From the IMG/VR virus record IMGVR_UViG_3300028584_001240: a stretch of 64,000 nucleotides of DNA, one strand, 5' to 3'. The notes under the pieces are model-generated. The model was not told the origin of the DNA and searched no databases. It saw only the letters and a program-made list of their open reading frames with translations. Below, piece by piece: positions 63,342-64,000 of this stretch. The position numbers and the translations under genes were made by a program. Within the stretch, counting starts at the first letter, position 1. Each line of letters begins with the position of its first letter. The stretch comes from a virus (taxonomy: Duplodnaviria > Heunggongvirae > Uroviricota > Caudoviricetes).

Positions 63342-64000
63342 ATATAAGTCATTTCGATGACTTTCAGTTCATCCTCATCAAAAACATTCTCAATATTCAT
63401 GAAGTGTTCCATATTATTGCCAATCAACCTATCAAAGCTAAAACCACATGTCTGAATAATATCAGATAAGGTGAAAGATCGAATACGATCTGTATCAGAA
63501 GTAATAATATAGACAATATCAAATATGGAGACATTGTTGAATAACTGATCATCAATAGTAATACTTAATAATGGTTCTTCTTCAATGCGATGAATATTAT
63601 AGTCAAGCTTATGTGCAAATGTTTTAAGCGAGTTTGAAGTATGTAATTCAATATGATTTAAATCGAAAAGATCGCATGAATGATGAATGCTTATGATATC
63701 ATACGTTTCTTTATCGAGTTTTATGACATAGTTAAAATCTACTGAGTATGTGCCCTTAGAATACTGTTCATATTGACTCTTGTAACTGATGTCAATTCTA
63801 TACATATGCTCAAATTCAAAAGAAATTCTTTTAACATTATCAGGGTAGTTAAGTGTTGATAAATAATAACCCTGTTTATGTTTAGGGGATGTACGGATAG
63901 ATAGAGTTAAGTGATAACCTGAACTATTCTTATAAATAGATCTTTCTTGTCGTTTAAAACCTAGCTTATTAAGAAATGAATCAATCTCGCCAACTGGCAA
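63338..64000 (-). CDS. Tail-motif paralogue family member (sub-cluster D), 5' end beyond window
   Basis: Ends ..FDEDELKVIEMTYI. Aligns with 60913.. from about residue 45, so the true start lies outside the window. The 'M' at 64000 in the track is a TTG. Confidence 0.8.
   Translation of the reverse strand: MPVGEIDSFLNKLGFKRQERSIYKNSSGYHLTLSIRTSPKHKQGYYLSTLNYPDNVKRISFEFEHMYRIDISYKSQYEQYSKGTYSVDFNYVIKLDKETYDIISIHHSCDLFDLNHIELHTSNSLKTFAHKLDYNIHRIEEEPLLSITIDDQLFNNVSIFDIVYIITSDTDRIRSFTLSDIIQTCGFSFDRLIGNNMEHFMNIENVFDEDELKVIEMTYI

Overview
AT-rich, very densely packed prokaryotic-virus-like sequence. It has Shine-Dalgarno GGAG/AAGG sites, sigma70-type promoters (many with extended -10 TGnTAnAAT) and about 25 textbook rho-independent terminators. 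I saw no rRNA, CRISPR array, integrase or transposase. I read it as part of a large (jumbo-type) phage genome of a bacterial host and cannot name the phage.

Recognisable genes:
- Three aminoacyl-tRNA synthetases: TyrRS (2134-3393), SerRS (16772-18043) and a ThrRS lacking the N-terminal editing half (46149-47327).
- NAD-dependent DNA ligase (55044-56918).
- Nudix, MazG-like, 2OG-Fe(II) oxygenase-like, S49 (SohB/SppA-like) peptidase, SPFH/band-7 and BI-1/YccA-like proteins.
- A PD-(D/E)xK-like nuclease and a pol-beta-fold nucleotidyltransferase-like protein.
- tRNA-Pro(UGG), a second tRNA with a non-canonical anticodon arm (anticodon most simply UUU), and a ~110-nt tRNA-like structured RNA candidate.

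The dominant feature is a huge divergent multigene family. 37 ORFs (~27 kb, ~43% of the window) end in the same extreme C-terminal tail (h-x-x-h-h-x-M-x-x-[I/V/Y]-stop). Met sits exactly 4 residues from the C-terminus in 35 of the 37.

The second strong signal is a classical leader-peptide attenuator in front of the phage thrS. It comprises a promoter, a 25-codon ORF with six consecutive Thr codons, mutually exclusive antiterminator and terminator helices, and then thrS.

Other points of interest:
- Four tandem ~80-aa Cys/His-rich paralogues behind a 2OG oxygenase.
- Three tandem 4-TM membrane paralogues, two of them with their own promoter and terminator.
- Two >630-aa paralogues sharing a C-terminal domain.
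- Several signal-peptide proteins.

All calls come from reading the sequence and the ORF track by eye. No searches or folding programs were run.
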